Shown piece by piece: positions 62,679 to 64,000 of a DNA stretch of 64,000 nucleotides. Every line of letters starts with the position of its first letter. Position 1 is the stretch's first letter. The notes beneath the pieces were generated by a model. That model did not search any database, was not told the origin of the DNA, and saw nothing but the letters and a program-made list of their open reading frames with translations. The DNA is from Adineta vaga (taxonomy: Eukaryota > Animalia > Rotifera): positions 1,364,001 to 1,428,000 of the forward strand of contig CP075492.1 of assembly GCA_021613535.1 (NCBI GenBank), in the 5' to 3' direction. A program made the translations under genes and the position numbers.

Positions 62679-64000
62679 ATGATTTCTATTCATAATTCAA
62701 TTCAATCGAACGAACAACAAACAACTATCGAAATAGATAAAATCTCAGAATTACTTTCTGATGATAAAGAAAATATAACAGACGATAACGACAATAAGAT
62801 GGATGATTCGACTCAAATATCAACATCATCTTGGAATCTGTATGTTTATTTTCATTTTCATCAATGATTCTATTCTTCTTCTTCTTTAAGAGAATGTTTT
62901 GGTTTGAAAATATCAAGTTCAATTATTGGTACATTTGTATTTTCATTTTTATTACTTGTTATGATGACAATTGGTATTATTATTGTTTATCTCAATGTAC
63001 CAAAACCAAAGGGTTTGTCCTTTTTATTTGATTTAATTCTAATGAAGAAATTTAATATCTTTTTCTTTTGATTTAATTAAGAATTAAAATGTGAATTGAA
63101 TTTTGTAAAAACAAATTCCAATCCAATTGAATATAAATATGGTCCAAAATCTGTTGCTATTGGTGATTTTAATGATGATAGTTGGATTGATATGGTAATC
63201 TGTAATTCAATGATAAATAATATTGCGATTTATTTCGGATCAATGGATGGAACATTTTCCAAACAATTTCAATATTCAACAGGAATTAATTCAAATCCAA
63301 CAATGGTCGCTGTGAATTATTTAAATAATGATTCTTATTTGGATATTGCAGTAACAAATTATGGAAGACATTCAATTGGAATATTTTATGGATTTGGTAA
63401 TGGATCTTTTAAAGATTCAATTGAAATCTCAACAGGAATATCACGACCATTAACAATTAATTTAATTGATTTAAATAATGATTCATTATGTGATATTATT
63501 ATTATTAATTATGGAACAAATAGTTTTAGTATTTTCTATGGAGATGAAAATGAAATATATTCAAAATCGATGACTTATTCAACTGGTTATGATTCTTATC
63601 CATATTCATTAACTATTGAAGATTTAAATAATGATAATCAATTAGATATTATTATTGCAAATTATGGAACAAATAATATTGGAATTTTCTTTGCTAATCA
63701 AAAAAATAATTCATTTCATGATCAAATACTTATTTCAATGGGTATTAATTCTCATCCAACTTCAGTTGCTGTTGGAGATTTAAATTCTGATCAATTTATT
63801 GATATTGTTGTAACAAATTCTGGTATAAAAATGATATGTGTATTATTAAATGATGGAAATGGAACTTTCTCAAAACAAAAATTCTATTCAACAGGTTCAG
63901 TTTTACCATATTCAATTGGAATTGAGGATTTTAATGGAGATAATCGATTAGATTTATTTATTATTAATATTGGACTAAATAATACTGGTTTATTTCTTGG
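62679..64000 (+). CDS. Type II membrane protein with FG-GAP/VCBS repeats, 3'-truncated by window edge
   Basis: Exons about 62679-62839, 62891-63012 (TM IIGTFVFSFLLLVMMTIGIIIVY) and 63082-end, with P.SVAIGDFNDD..ID and GDFNSD.FIDIVVTN repeats. Confidence 0.8.

Overview
Very AT-rich eukaryotic DNA with many short GT-AG introns, often about 50-110 nt. The gene content is orphan class-A GPCRs, a large NACHT protein, FG-GAP/NHL/LamG proteins, an ART-TPR fragment, a clan-3 P450, and foreign-looking BAHD transferases and DUF302. This fits a bdelloid rotifer genome (inference; no taxonomic marker seen). About 20 genes or gene remnants are present, many with 1-nt frameshifts or nonsense codons, along with hAT, MITE and Helentron-like (DINE-1-type) remnants. 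Two signals stand out. (1) About 24 dispersed 45-110 bp palindromes have arms made of telomere-like hexamers (TCTTGAGGGTGTGGGTG...variable spacer...CACCCACACCCTCAAGA). They are always G-arm then C-arm, and several sit at the breakpoints of truncated TEs or genes. (2) A 3-exon gene missed by the ORF track (24366-23684, minus) joins a signal peptide and propeptide to what looks like a bacterial polymorphic-toxin HNH/EndoVII nuclease domain. Also notable are a triplicated 2-TM/Cys-rich module protein with an FG-GAP tail, and a secreted 14-Cys exon-repeat/mucin gene across which GC skew inverts. All calls are by eye, with no database search.
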